From Eledone cirrhosa (taxonomy: Eukaryota): a stretch of DNA of 64,000 bases. The stretch covers positions 110,050,001 through 110,114,000 of the forward strand of contig OZ024742.1 in the NCBI GenBank assembly GCA_964016885.1, written 5' to 3'. The translations under genes and the position numbers were made by a program. The notes under the pieces are model-generated. The model saw only the letters and a program-made list of their open reading frames with translations. It ran no database searches and was not told the origin of the DNA. Below are positions 34,517-45,719 of this stretch, piece by piece (the stretch's first letter is position 1; the number at the start of each line of letters is the position of its first letter).

Positions 34517-34584
34517 GCGGGGTCATCAGACAAGAACTTGTCTAATGACCCTGTGATAAACAGACGAAACTCCAGATTAACAAG
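34516..34584 (+). ncRNA. Mutated minimal hammerhead with adjacent inverted partial copy
   Basis: cttgt-CTAATGA-ccctgtgataaacagac-GAAA-ctccagat-TA-acaag. The inverted copy at 34516-34534 retains CTGATGA on the minus strand. Confidence 0.55.
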
Positions 34585-34666
34585 ACACACTATTTACCCT
34601 TAATAAAATGAATATTAAACTATATCCGTATTGTGTACTCTTTTCTATCTGCCGTCAACCACATAC

Positions 34667-34767
<101 letters not shown>

Positions 34768-34781
34768 GATGTATATATATG

Positions 34782-35060
34782 TCAGGTCACCAGTTGGTGC
34801 TACTGGTAACATGTATCCCAGTACAACCTGTATCATGGTCGGGTCGTTGGCGACTAAACTGGCAACCCCACCAAGGTTTCTTGGTGAGGAGGGTGACTTT
34901 GGACATCCTGCAGGACTAAAAACAAAACCTGTCAAATGGCAAAGGAGCTCTTAAGAGTCAATGGCCATCCAAAATCACCGGGAGAGATGACCCCTTAGCC
35001 TTTGTCAAGGCAGAATTCTAGGAGAAGGAAAACTCTGATATAACACCTGCAACCCTGATG
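34782..35060 (+). mobile_element. RTE-type 5' UTR-like fragment
   Basis: GC-richer block with aaactggcaacccc and ctaggagaaggaaaactctga, resembling RTE 5' ends (recalled similarity only). Confidence 0.45.
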
Positions 35061-35269
35061 GTATCCAATGATGTTGACTTGTTCTTCTTTTTGGTAAATA
35101 TCATCTTGGTTAAGAGAGTGGGACTGGCTTTGTGCAGTGCCTTTGCTCACTATAAAAGCTTCACGGCACAGGCATTGCTTTATATCTGGAGATCTCTCTG
35201 CACTTGTCGTCACATGGTACCATGCACCCAGCACTATGTGTCAATAATTGTCACAAGTGTAGCGTTTGT

Positions 35270-35390
35270 ACCTACCAGAGTTTTCAAGTCGCTGGCTGGA
35301 CTAAAAATTCACACTCGTTCAGCGCATCGGTAGGGGTTCTCCTACATATAAAGTAGTGGCCGTACTCGAAAACGAGTTGGCAGCCACCAT
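35270..35390 (+). mobile_element. RTE/RTE-X LINE 3' end (C-terminal zinc-finger remnant); related copy at 54688-54787
   Basis: FKSLAGLKIHTRSAHR* vs KSLAGLKSHARDAHV*; both are followed by a tactcgaaa.cgagt hairpin and gcagcca(t/c)cat tail. Confidence 0.6.
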
Positions 35391-35597
35391 ATATATATAA
35401 ATATATACATTTAGGTTTGTTGGTTCACCACTGGATAGAACTGGTCATTCCGCATGGTCAACCTCGATGTAATATTAGGGAGAGCACTCAACGTAATGCA
35501 ACTCACCCGTCTTCGTTTGTGTTGGTGGTGCGAGTACGGAGTTAATTATTATAAAATAACAGGAGGCTGGAGTGGTGTAATTCCTTAAAGGTTTATT

Positions 35598-35655
35598 ATA
35601 CTATGAACATTTCAATGACCAGGTTCAGTATGAATCCAGTGACATCATCAGGTAT
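35598..35655 (-). ncRNA. Minimal type I hammerhead ribozyme (PLE pLTR-like context)
   Basis: Minus strand: atac-CTGATGA-tgtcactggattcatactgaacctggtcatt-GAAA-tg-tt-ca-TA-gtat. Stem I atac/gtat, long stem II, near-palindromic stem III. Confidence 0.65.
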
Positions 35656-36276
35656 TCGAAATTTAACAAAGGAATATAATCCATGGGGCTGAAAAGGCAG
35701 AGAGACAAGAAGGCGGCCACACATTTAGCAGTTTCTAGTTCGGTCGTCCGCCTTATATATACATATATATTTATATGCACACACACACATACATAATTAT
35801 ACTAAAGTGAATTTGTCACCAATATATATAACATTGCAATGACAAAAGACCGCTAAAAAATCTCATTTATATATATATATATATATTTGTTCAATGAAAA
35901 TTGTTCAGTTTATTTAGAATCCGCTGTCTTATATATAACAGATTACAAGCACTCAACGATATATGTTTAACTGGAATTTTATTATAATAATAATAAACGA
36001 AATGCAGTTACTTTAGACACTCCTTGATGTGACCCCTGTACCACAGAGATTTTCCACATCATTTAAAATAGGCATTTAATTATAAATAAACGTTCTGAAA
36101 TCTTCAGTTCTTATCTTCATAAGTTCGGCAAATGTTTCAACAGTTTAAATAAAATTTAACAGATTATTAAATAAATAATATAAAATGTTCTTGTAGATAA
36201 ACTTAATATCAAGAAAACATCAAATTCTAGAAAATCAAACTTTCCAGTTATTGTCTTCCTGTTTCTTCTACAACAA

Positions 36277-37995
36277 CTACAACGGTACGCGATGGGGCCC
36301 ACCCACAGCCTCGGCGGACAGAATGGAGAAGGCGTTTCCCCGGAGGACGGCGAGGGAGACGCGCTGGAAGAGCCACTCCAATTCGCGGGGCTCACACCTG
36401 CGGCTGGCCAGCTCAGCGCCTATGGTGGTGAGTAAGGAGGTAGTCCTGGGGCCGAGGACAACAGAAGTCTCCACTGCCAGCGGTACGACCGCACACCTGT
36501 CGGGGAGCGACCTGTATTTGAGGAGTTTGGCCCTCTCAGCCCGACGTGCAGCAGAACCTGGGTCAGTCGCAGACTGCACAAGGTTGCGGTTGCAGAAAGT
36601 GTCGGTGCAAGTGGCATCCCAGACGAGGGGTTTGCCACCACGGAACGGGAAGATGGTCATGCCATCTAGCCTTTTGCCGTCCCCTCGATCCAGCTCCACC
36701 GGCTCGAGCTGGGAAGGGAAGCCTGCAGCGTCCAAGCTATGCTTAATGACCTCGTTGAGGGCAGTATGGCGTGGAATGTGGCCGGCACTGTGGTCACAGG
36801 AAAGCGGGTGGAGGCCGAAAGAGTCCACGGTGGAACCGCAGCGTCATTAGTGTGGCTGGCAGATCCGGAGGCCGAGTCTCAGGGAAACGCCGATGCGCAG
36901 GCTATGGTTGTCTAGCTGCGTGCCAGTGGAGAAGGAGGGCAGGGCATGGAGCCAGGCACCACTGTGGGGTTTGGAGGCCGCACGAAAACAAGCAAGGCGG
37001 TGCTAGTCGAGCTGGCGCGTGAGCCTGTCTGAGGCCAGGCTGCACTGGATGGCATCCCAAGTGCTTTGGGGGGACTTGACGTCAACAGGGGGAGGGACGT
37101 CTACTGGGCTAAGTCCTAGCCGGTCCCACGTCTCACAGGCTGCCTCACGTTCTCTGAACACTGAGGGTTCTGTTGTGTTTTGAAGAACCCTGCTGACGAG
37201 GACGCGGCACGAGGTTACCGACGAAAGATACGGCGGCAAAGCTAGTGAGATCGGGGACCGGAGGCCAAGGCCGCCATACCTGACAGATAAAGTGGCCTGT
37301 TGCCACCCTATGTCGTCAAACTTGACGTTGCATATCTCCTCGGCTGTGGCTCGGATACAAGTATCGAGATCAGCGAGGAGAGATGTCTTGGTGTAGCACG
37401 GAGCGCTGCGGAGTGTATAGAGAAGCTTCGGCATGGCGAAGCAGTTCCGCAGCAGAAAGAGAGCTGGGTAGCCGTCAATCAAGCCCAGTCGGCTCGTGAG
37501 AGTCTGGAGCTGTTGAAGCCTGGGCCTGATGGTGGAGCGGATGGCCGGCGGGTGGATCGGTGACCCGAGGATGAGGAATCCTCTTTGGGGGTCACCTGAA
37601 CCTGGCGGAGAATGGACCGCACGTCCAAGACGAGGGCTGCAAAGCTCGCAGCATCGAGGCTGGCATTCACCACCTCCAACTTGGCCGAGTTGACTTGGAG
37701 GCCGATTCCCGCCAGGGGTGGAACCACCGATTAAAGGTCACGGCAGACCGTCCGTACGGGCCCGCCCAACGTAGCATCATCCAGATACCAAACGTTGAGA
37801 GGGGCCGTGATACTCCGGGCGATGTGGTCAATACCAAGAGCGAACAGAAGGGGGTCCCAAAGGGTCGCCTTGTTGGACCCCAGTAGTCGAGGGTATGACC
37901 GTATCAGCAGCAAGGACCATGCTCGAGGCTCCATACGACAGTTAGGCCAGCGGGTAGGCAGAGCGGGCTTGGCTGAGGCAGGCCTCGAGCAGGCG
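36277..37995 (-). mobile_element. CRE-clade non-LTR retrotransposon, 5'-truncated and frameshifted (RT + restriction-like endonuclease)
   Basis: DPLLFALGID..VWYLDDATLGG, WQQATLSVRYGGLGLRS, HPLSC..RH, KRLDG..LVWDATC..KYR..PLAVET..QRVSLAVLRGNA. Confidence 0.85.
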
Positions 37996-38675
37996 TAAAG
38001 AGTCTATGTACAGTTTTTTTCAGCCTTTTTTTTATTATTTACAAATCGTTTATAAGCTAAATAAAACAAATAAGTATTATCATTTTTCTTCGTCATAACT
38101 TTTACATCTTTTAAAACTTTAATTAGTATATAAACGAATTAATTTTAATATAAATTGGCATATTAGACTATAATACATACGTTTTTCATTTTAAATAATT
38201 AGTCTATTACAAATAATTATTTTCTGTTGAACCAATCTATTAATCTCATTTAATGATAACCTAGCCACTTATAAATTAGTAAAGCAAATTGTTAAATATT
38301 ATTATTTTTTTCCCATTCTCATAATAATTAAATTGTTTACATAAACTACGATAAATTGTCTACGAAATTAATAATTTAATTTTTCTTTATTATATAGTTA
38401 CATTATTAACTTACATCTTCGAATATAGTATCTAATTTAATCTAACTTAAGTTATAAATAAATAGCCTTACAGTCAATATTTTGTTTGTTTTGATTTTTT
38501 TTTTACCAATCCAAAGCCATCATACTATCATCAGTTCGAAAATGTCAATATCTACTGTAATAGTTCTCCCACTCAAATAATACTTTCTGTGTTGAGGTTT
38601 TTATATCTCATATGTTTGTTGGCTACGGATCTGAACAGCTCGTCTGACCGCCTGCATATCAAATGACTTCTACAT

Positions 38676-39170
38676 TTTTCATCTGCCTGGTAAAAGAGAT
38701 CGTATGGTGGACACGTCTGAAAGGGTTGAAGACGGGTACTTTCCTCTTCGGTGACGCCCTCATTAACTTTTTCAGGTTTTACCTGAAAAGGAAAATCAGG
38801 GTGAAGAGGGAAGTGTTGCCTTCCAGCCAGTTTGTTGAAAGGTGGGTGAGAGAGGCATGAATGGCCTGTGTGAATTGGCCTACCCTGAGCGTGTGCCTGT
38901 AGCATCGTAGGAGGAAAACTGGAAGAAGGCACTTGTCCTAGTGGTCAGGGTAACCGTGGCTTTTCTGTGGGCTTTCTCCACGAGCGACTCTCGGAAGTCT
39001 CCTCCCTATTGGGGAATTTTTCATTGTTTCTTTTTTTGTCACATACTCTGTTTTTATTTTTTACACGCAGAAATGCCCATTTGTACCGTCCTGTATTGTC
39101 CTGTACTGTCCTTAATGTTATACTTTGTGTCAACCCTTGTGGTTAATAAAGAAAGCATTATTATTATTAT
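38676..39170 (+). mobile_element. Short 3' fragment of the Tx1-like LINE with (TTA)4 tail
   Basis: FICLVKEIVWWTRLKGLKTG...; same 3' UTR and AATAAA as the full-length copy. Confidence 0.9.
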
Positions 39171-42100
39171 AAACAACAACAGCAGCAGCAGCAGCAACAG
39201 CAACTACAACAGCAGCAGAGCAGCAACAACAACCACAGCAACAGCGGCGGCGGTGTCGTGGTACCAACAGCAACAACAAAAGTAACAGCAGCTCTGAGGA
39301 CAACAACAACAAGAAAGAAAAACCAATCTCGTTTGCAGGTATCGCAAAGAACCTAAAAACCACCCTTATAACAAATGAGGAATTACAGGAAGCAAAGAAG
39401 ATGGTGACAAAAACCGGACACCGAGCAATCTGCAAGGCAGCCGACAATTTTTCGAAACCCAACAGCACTGTACGGTCACGTACCGTACAGTAAGCACAAA
39501 ATCACGTAGGGTTGAAAGAGCCACAGAGGCTCAAATACAAAAAGCCTTAGGGTCTGTGTGGCAGCGGAAAACGCATATCACCCGAGGCAAGAAATATGCC
39601 ACCGTGGACGTGCTTTTTGCCACACCCCAGGAGGCAAAGGCTCAATCCTTAGTAACCCTAAGGAGTGAGGAAATGGTGTTGGTGCCCTCCTACTGCGGGC
39701 AAAAAATTGTGACGGTCAAACTGACCCAAGCCCCCCCCCCCCCCCAGGATGGCCCCGCGTCTGTCCTCATCGGAATCGAGGACAAAACAACTGTACTGCA
39801 AGTACAGAAAAAAGTACGAGAAGATTGGGTCGGCACCTTCATTGAGATGTTAATCCAAACCAACCAGGAGTGCATCGAAGCTATCCCGGATGTGATAGAC
39901 TTCGATAACGGCACTCAACTTCCCATAAGTGTTGAGGGCAAACGCCCGAAATGCTTTTGCTGTGGGTCGAAGACTCACCTCAGGGCCTTCTGCAATGAGA
40001 AGACCCCGAGAAAGGAGAAAACCCCCCGCCTACCGAAACCGGCTCCACTGCTACCAGCAACAGGACAGGCGGCAAGCAGGAAGGATAGGTAAGTGGCACC
40101 CACACCCACGCCACGGAAATCAAGAACAGCAGCAGCAGTGGAAGTATTAACAACAGCAACAGCAATACCAACTGCAGCAGCAACAGAGACTCCACTGCAA
40201 ACATCACCAACAACAACAAGTGAAAGAGTAGAGCTGGTACCCCTCCCCGACCTCACAGAATCGGACATGGAGTATGAGGTGGGAGAGGGATGGGAAAAAG
40301 GTCGCAAGAAGGCACAAACGCAGAAGCAGCGCATCGTCGCCTTCGAGAAGAGAGGAAAGAAATGAAAAAAGGGTAAAATCTACTGCAAAGAGACTTACAG
40401 TAGCAACACCACAAACACCATCACCACCCACACTAGCACCACCATCACCACCGGCGGCAATCCCACCGCCAACAACACCTTCAACACCATCACCACAAGC
40501 ACCAACATCGCAAACACAACAACAAAACACACACACTCAGCAACAACGACAAGAAAATAGCAGAACCACACCCCACCCCCAGAAAAAGAAATGCACAGCA
40601 ATAAATACACACAACAAGAAACTAATGACTTACATAATTGAATACACAGACATTTCACAACAGGTCTACATAATACCAGCACCAATCAAAACACCAACGA
40701 ACATAAGACTGGTAAGAATATCACAGAAACAATAAACAAACATTAAAATGAAATTCCCCAACGGAGAGTATATTCGGATATACTCACAGAAGAGCCGACG
40801 ACCAGCCGAAGGGACGATTCAACGGTCCCTTCACCAGACAATCAAGGTAAGTGATCCTTTCTCACTTGCTCCGTTCCTCACCCAACATGGCCGTACTCAG
40901 AATAGGCAGTATAAATGCACGTGGTCTGGGGTCATCTTGGAAGCAGGGTCACCTGCTCAACGACCTCAGGTCACTAAACATAGATGTGGTGGCCATCAGT
41001 GAGACCAGAATCTCCGAAGCACAAGCCTTCGCACCGATCTTTGGCGGCTACGATGTATACACATCTCCCAGCCGTCCAGGATAGGGGGGAGGGGTTGCCG
41101 TCCTTTTTCGGAGAGGCTTGGATCTCGCCATACGGGCCATCTTCCTAGACCCACAAAGTAAGTCTGTGGTGCTGGACGTGACCGGCAGCGAAGGCAATGC
41201 TTTCAGGCTAGTAGCCGTCTACGCCCCAGCAGGGGCAGGACGGCCAGATTTCTTCAGACGTCTAGAGACCTTTCTTGGAACGTCCCGCTCTTTAGTGTTA
41301 GTGGCCGACTGGAACGGTATCTTGCATGCACGCTGGGATTGTGTGGGGTTAGTGGATAGGGGAGGAGGGTGCAAGAGCCTCACCAACCTGCTCAGACGTT
41401 TTGAACTGTCTGACAGGTATCGATTGGATCACCCGAATGTTCCAATGTGGACATGGACAAACCGCATCGGGTCATCCAGATCGTATCTCGATAGGGTATT
41501 CTGCAGAGAACTAGATAAGGCTAGTATAAGTTGTCCACAATTTAAAATAGTCGACTACACAGACCACAAATTTGTGATCTGTGCGATCGACATAGACAGA
41601 CTTAATAGACAAGGGCCCGGTTACTGGAAGCTAAACGCGTCTTTCCCGGCGCGCAAAGCCTACAGAGACCGGATTAGCGTATTAGTTAAGCGGGCGTTGA
41701 CGGGAGCGGTCGTCAACAACAGGTGGTGGTTCGCCCTGAAAAGGGCAATTAAAGTAGAGTCGATTAGGTTTAGCAGAGGACTAGTGATAGAGGAAAATAG
41801 AGTAGATGGAGAGCTAGTCAGAAAGCTAAAAGACGCGTTTAGGACAGGCATCGCAACCGACGTGCTTGCGGCGAGATTGGCACTCGACCAATTCTTCAAC
41901 GCAAAACACGAAGGTTGCGTTGTCAGAGCTAGAGCGCGTGCTCTGAAACATGAGGGAACAAAAGCCGTCCAATGGGCCCGGGTGGCAGAGGTGCGACGTG
42001 GCAACAAAGCCACAATTCGGTCTTTGTCTGATCAAAACGGGTGCGTATTGCTCGAACTCGAGCAGATGTGTGAAGCTTTTCAGCAACACTTTGCTGAACT

Positions 42101-43824
42101 GTTCGGGAGCAGCGGCGGCCCGGATCGGGGCATGGACTTCAGTGCATACCTCGACGGACTGCCTCGGCTCTCGACGACCGCAGCACAGTGTGGCGAAAAG
42201 CCAATAACAGCCGGTGAAATACGGGAAGCGATGGCTAACTGCACGAGGGGTAAATCACCAGGTTTGGATGGTCTGCCCTACGAGCTTTATGCATTTATGC
42301 CAGACTTGTTCGGTGACCTCTTGGCAGACGTCTACTGCAACTGGCAGCAGAACGGGAGCATTCCCAGTTTTGTGAGCCGGGGAGCGGTGGAGCTGCTGAG
42401 AAAAGACCCGAACAAGGGGGATGTTATCGATAATTTCCGGCCCATAACCCTGATAAACGCAGAGTTCAAGATTTTGGCCAAGGTGTTAGCAACTAGGTTG
42501 GCGGTTGTCGTCAAGGGTCTGGTGGGAGAGGCGCAGAAATGCGCCATTCCAGACAGATCCATACACGACAGCCTCCACCTCTTGCGATACATCATAGAGA
42601 GGGTGGTTAAGGAACCTGGCACGGGTGGGGCCCTGATCAACTTGGATCAATCCAAAGCATTCGATAGGTCGACCATCGGTACCTGGCGGCGGTCCTCGAG
42701 GCAGCCGGTTTCGGGCCCGTTTTCAGGGGTTGGATCGCTGCGATGTAGCGTGACATCTGCTGACGACGTCACCGTGGTGGCGTCCAGATTCTCGGCACCG
42801 CTATCAAGGAATACGAAGCGGTGACAGGAGCAAAGATAAACCAGGAAAAGTCGGTGGGCTTGCAGCTCGGCACCTGGAGAGGCAAGTTCATGCCGTCCGA
42901 CAGCGTCGTGGGGCGTTGGACGGACGGATCGGTTAAATTGCTCGGGCTCTGATTCGGACCGGACCTCCAGATGGAGAAAAATTGGAACGAGGTGACGAGC
43001 AGGGTGGCCTCCCTCACCCAGAAATGGGCCGAGAGGAAGCTGTCCCTGAAAGGCCGGGCGGAGGTGGCGAATGCCATAGAGAACTAGTGGAGGGGAAGAG
43101 CGACGACATTCTCGGAGAGATCCTGGGCGTCGAAGAAGATCAGCTGTTTGCTCTCTTCCGGAGAACTTTCAGCCCGGGGCCTATGGATAACTTCCAAAAA
43201 TCCCTGGCCTGGCAGTGTTACCGGGGAGCGCTGCCGGTTCGAGATAAGCTCTACAGGCATGGAAGTGCCGTCAGCCGAGCCTGTCTGAGATGCGCGCAGA
43301 GCGACGAAACCGTCGTGCACGCACTCGTTCAGTGCCCGAGCATTGCTGACTTGTGGAGCTATGTCGAACAGTTGTGTAGGACTGATCCGGTTGTCGACTG
43401 AGTCCTTTGTGCAGGGTGGAGAAGCAAGTGCTGCCTTCTAGCAAGTTTGTTGAACGGTGGGTGAATATAGCGAGAATGGTCCGAGTGAACGGGACCGCTC
43501 TGAATATACGCCTGTAGTTTGAGAGATGGAAAAATTGAGAGAGGGCGCTTACCCTGGTGGTCAGGGTGGTCGTGGTCTTTTGTGTGGTTTTCGCCACGAG
43601 TAACCCTCGGAGGTTTCCCCCCTATTGGGGAATTTTTCATTGTTTCAATTTTCATTTTTAATGTTTATATATATATATATATGTTTCTGTGTCCTTTTTT
43701 TTTCTTTTCTTATATAAATAATAAAAATATTTACACGCACAAAACCCACATCGTACCGTCCTGTACCGTCCTGTGCCGTCTGTAATGTTTTTCTTGATCT
43801 CAGCCCTTGTGGCCAATAAAGAAA

Positions 43825-43868
<44 letters not shown>
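39171..43868 (+). mobile_element. Near full-length, internally deleted Tx1-like LINE (diverged ORF2/3' UTR variant) with (TTA)14 tail
   Basis: Broken ORF1 (CFCCGSKTHLRAFC knuckle); ORF2 start MAVLRIGSINARG; deletions in the RT and C-terminus. Confidence 0.93.
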
Positions 43869-43874
43869 GTTATT

Positions 43875-45488
43875 CCTTGAATCTCAGTCATTGATGTTGG
43901 TTAACTGGAAAGTCCGTTGGATTGAATATCAAGCCACTACCTGCAGCCTCAGATATTCAGGACGTATCGGAGGGTGCTTGCTGTTCCAAGCAAGCATGCC
44001 TTTTGAAGCGTTCCAAAAAGCGTGAAGGGGCCGATTTTCTTTAACCATCCCTGGAAACCTTTGGAGATAGTCCCCAGTGCGCCTATGACAATCGGGATCA
44101 CTTTGACTTCATGGCAGTTCCAAATCCTTTTCACCTCCCACTTTAGGTCCTGGTATCGGTTAATTTTCTCCCTCTCCTTCTCTTGCACTCTCGTGTCGAA
44201 CGGGCAGGCCACATCCACAATCAGGCACGATCTTTTTTCTTTGTCCACAACCACCAGGTCAGGTCTATTGTGTTCCAGTTTTTTGTCCGTCTGTATCCTA
44301 AAATCCCACAGCACCTTCACCTGACTGTTCTCCATCACCGCCTCTGGCCTATGCTCATACCATTTCTCAGAATGTGGTAGATTGTTTACTTTGCACAGGT
44401 GCCAGTGGATCACCCTGCCCATCACATCGTGTCTCCAGCCCTTATAGTGGGTCTGGGCTAGGTGTTTACACTCGGACACAATGTGAGCCACAGTCTCCTC
44501 TCTCTCTCCACAGATCCTGCACAGTGGGCTAGCCTCCTCCTTGTAGATATGGTGCTTCAACCACTTCGTTTTGAGGGCCTGCTCCTGCGCAGCCATTAGC
44601 ATTCCTTCTGTAGCCTTTTTGAGGTCTCCTCTTCTCAACCAGTTCCATGTCTGTGGATCTCTAAATTCAGTTTTCTCAAAGAAGGTACTATGAAGGGATT
44701 TTCCCTTAAGGCTGCTCTTCCTCCTTGATGTTATTTCCTCCTTGGATATCCCCTGGCCCACTGTCCCCTCCTTCAGTACAGCTCTGAGCATTGGCTCCTT
44801 ACTATAGGTCACGTATTTGTATAGGTTGTTTTTCTCCATCTGAACACAGTCCTCTATGCTGATAAGACCTCTTCCACCCTCAGATCTCCTTAGGTAGAGT
44901 CTATCGACATCACTCCTCTTGTGGAACATGTTGTAGATAGTCAATAGCTTCCTAGTCTTCCTATCCATTTCTTTTTGTTCAGCAACATTCCATCTCAGAA
45001 TTCCCGCACTGTACCTAATAATAGACACAGCTCGGGAATTTACTGCGCCTATGGCATTTCTGCTGTTCAGATGTGACTTCAATACGCTCCTTACTCTCCG
45101 AATGTATTCAGTTCTTAACAATTCCTTCATTTTTTTGTTCTTTATGCCATCAGCCTCCAGAACGCCCAAATACTTGTATCCTTCCTCAGAGTCAATTTCC
45201 TTTATCATCTCACCTGTTGGTATCTGGATCCCGTTACTTCTGCTCAACCTACCCCTCTTCATCACAATGACTCCACATTTACCAATACCAAACTGCATAC
45301 ATATATCACTGCTGAAAATACGGACAGTGTCAACAAGCACATCCAACTCCTTCTCACTTTTCCCGAAGAGCTTAAGATCGTCCATGAAGAGGAGGTGATT
45401 GATGGTAAGCTCTCCCCTTCCCAACTTGTATCCTGCTCTCACTTTTCGCAGCATAATGGTCAAGGGCATCAGGGCAAGGACAAACAAC
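43875..45488 (-). mobile_element. R4/Dong-clade LINE, 5'-truncated, with uninterrupted RT C-half, CCHC finger and restriction-like endonuclease (ORF 43949-45490)
   Basis: HLLFMDDLKL, GGRGL, CRIC..ETVAHIVSEC, RHD, LWDFRIQTD..NRPDLVVVD..DVACP..EKINRYQDL..PIVIGALG; (TAA)n on both sides. Confidence 0.9.
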
Positions 45489-45719
45489 ATTATTATTATT
45501 ATTATTGAATGCCATGGTTGACGGAGGCTCGGCTCTGTAAGGTATAGTAATTTTTAACCGTTAAAACAATTGTAAATTGTTTAAAACTTGAACCAAATTG
45601 TTGATAAAGACACCCTCCTCCTCGTGAGAGGGGTCTTTCTGTCCGTTATTTGGCCCTTCGGGGTTAAATAACCAGTTATTGGGGTTTTGTACCCAAAATT
45701 TCATTTTAAACAAAAAAAC

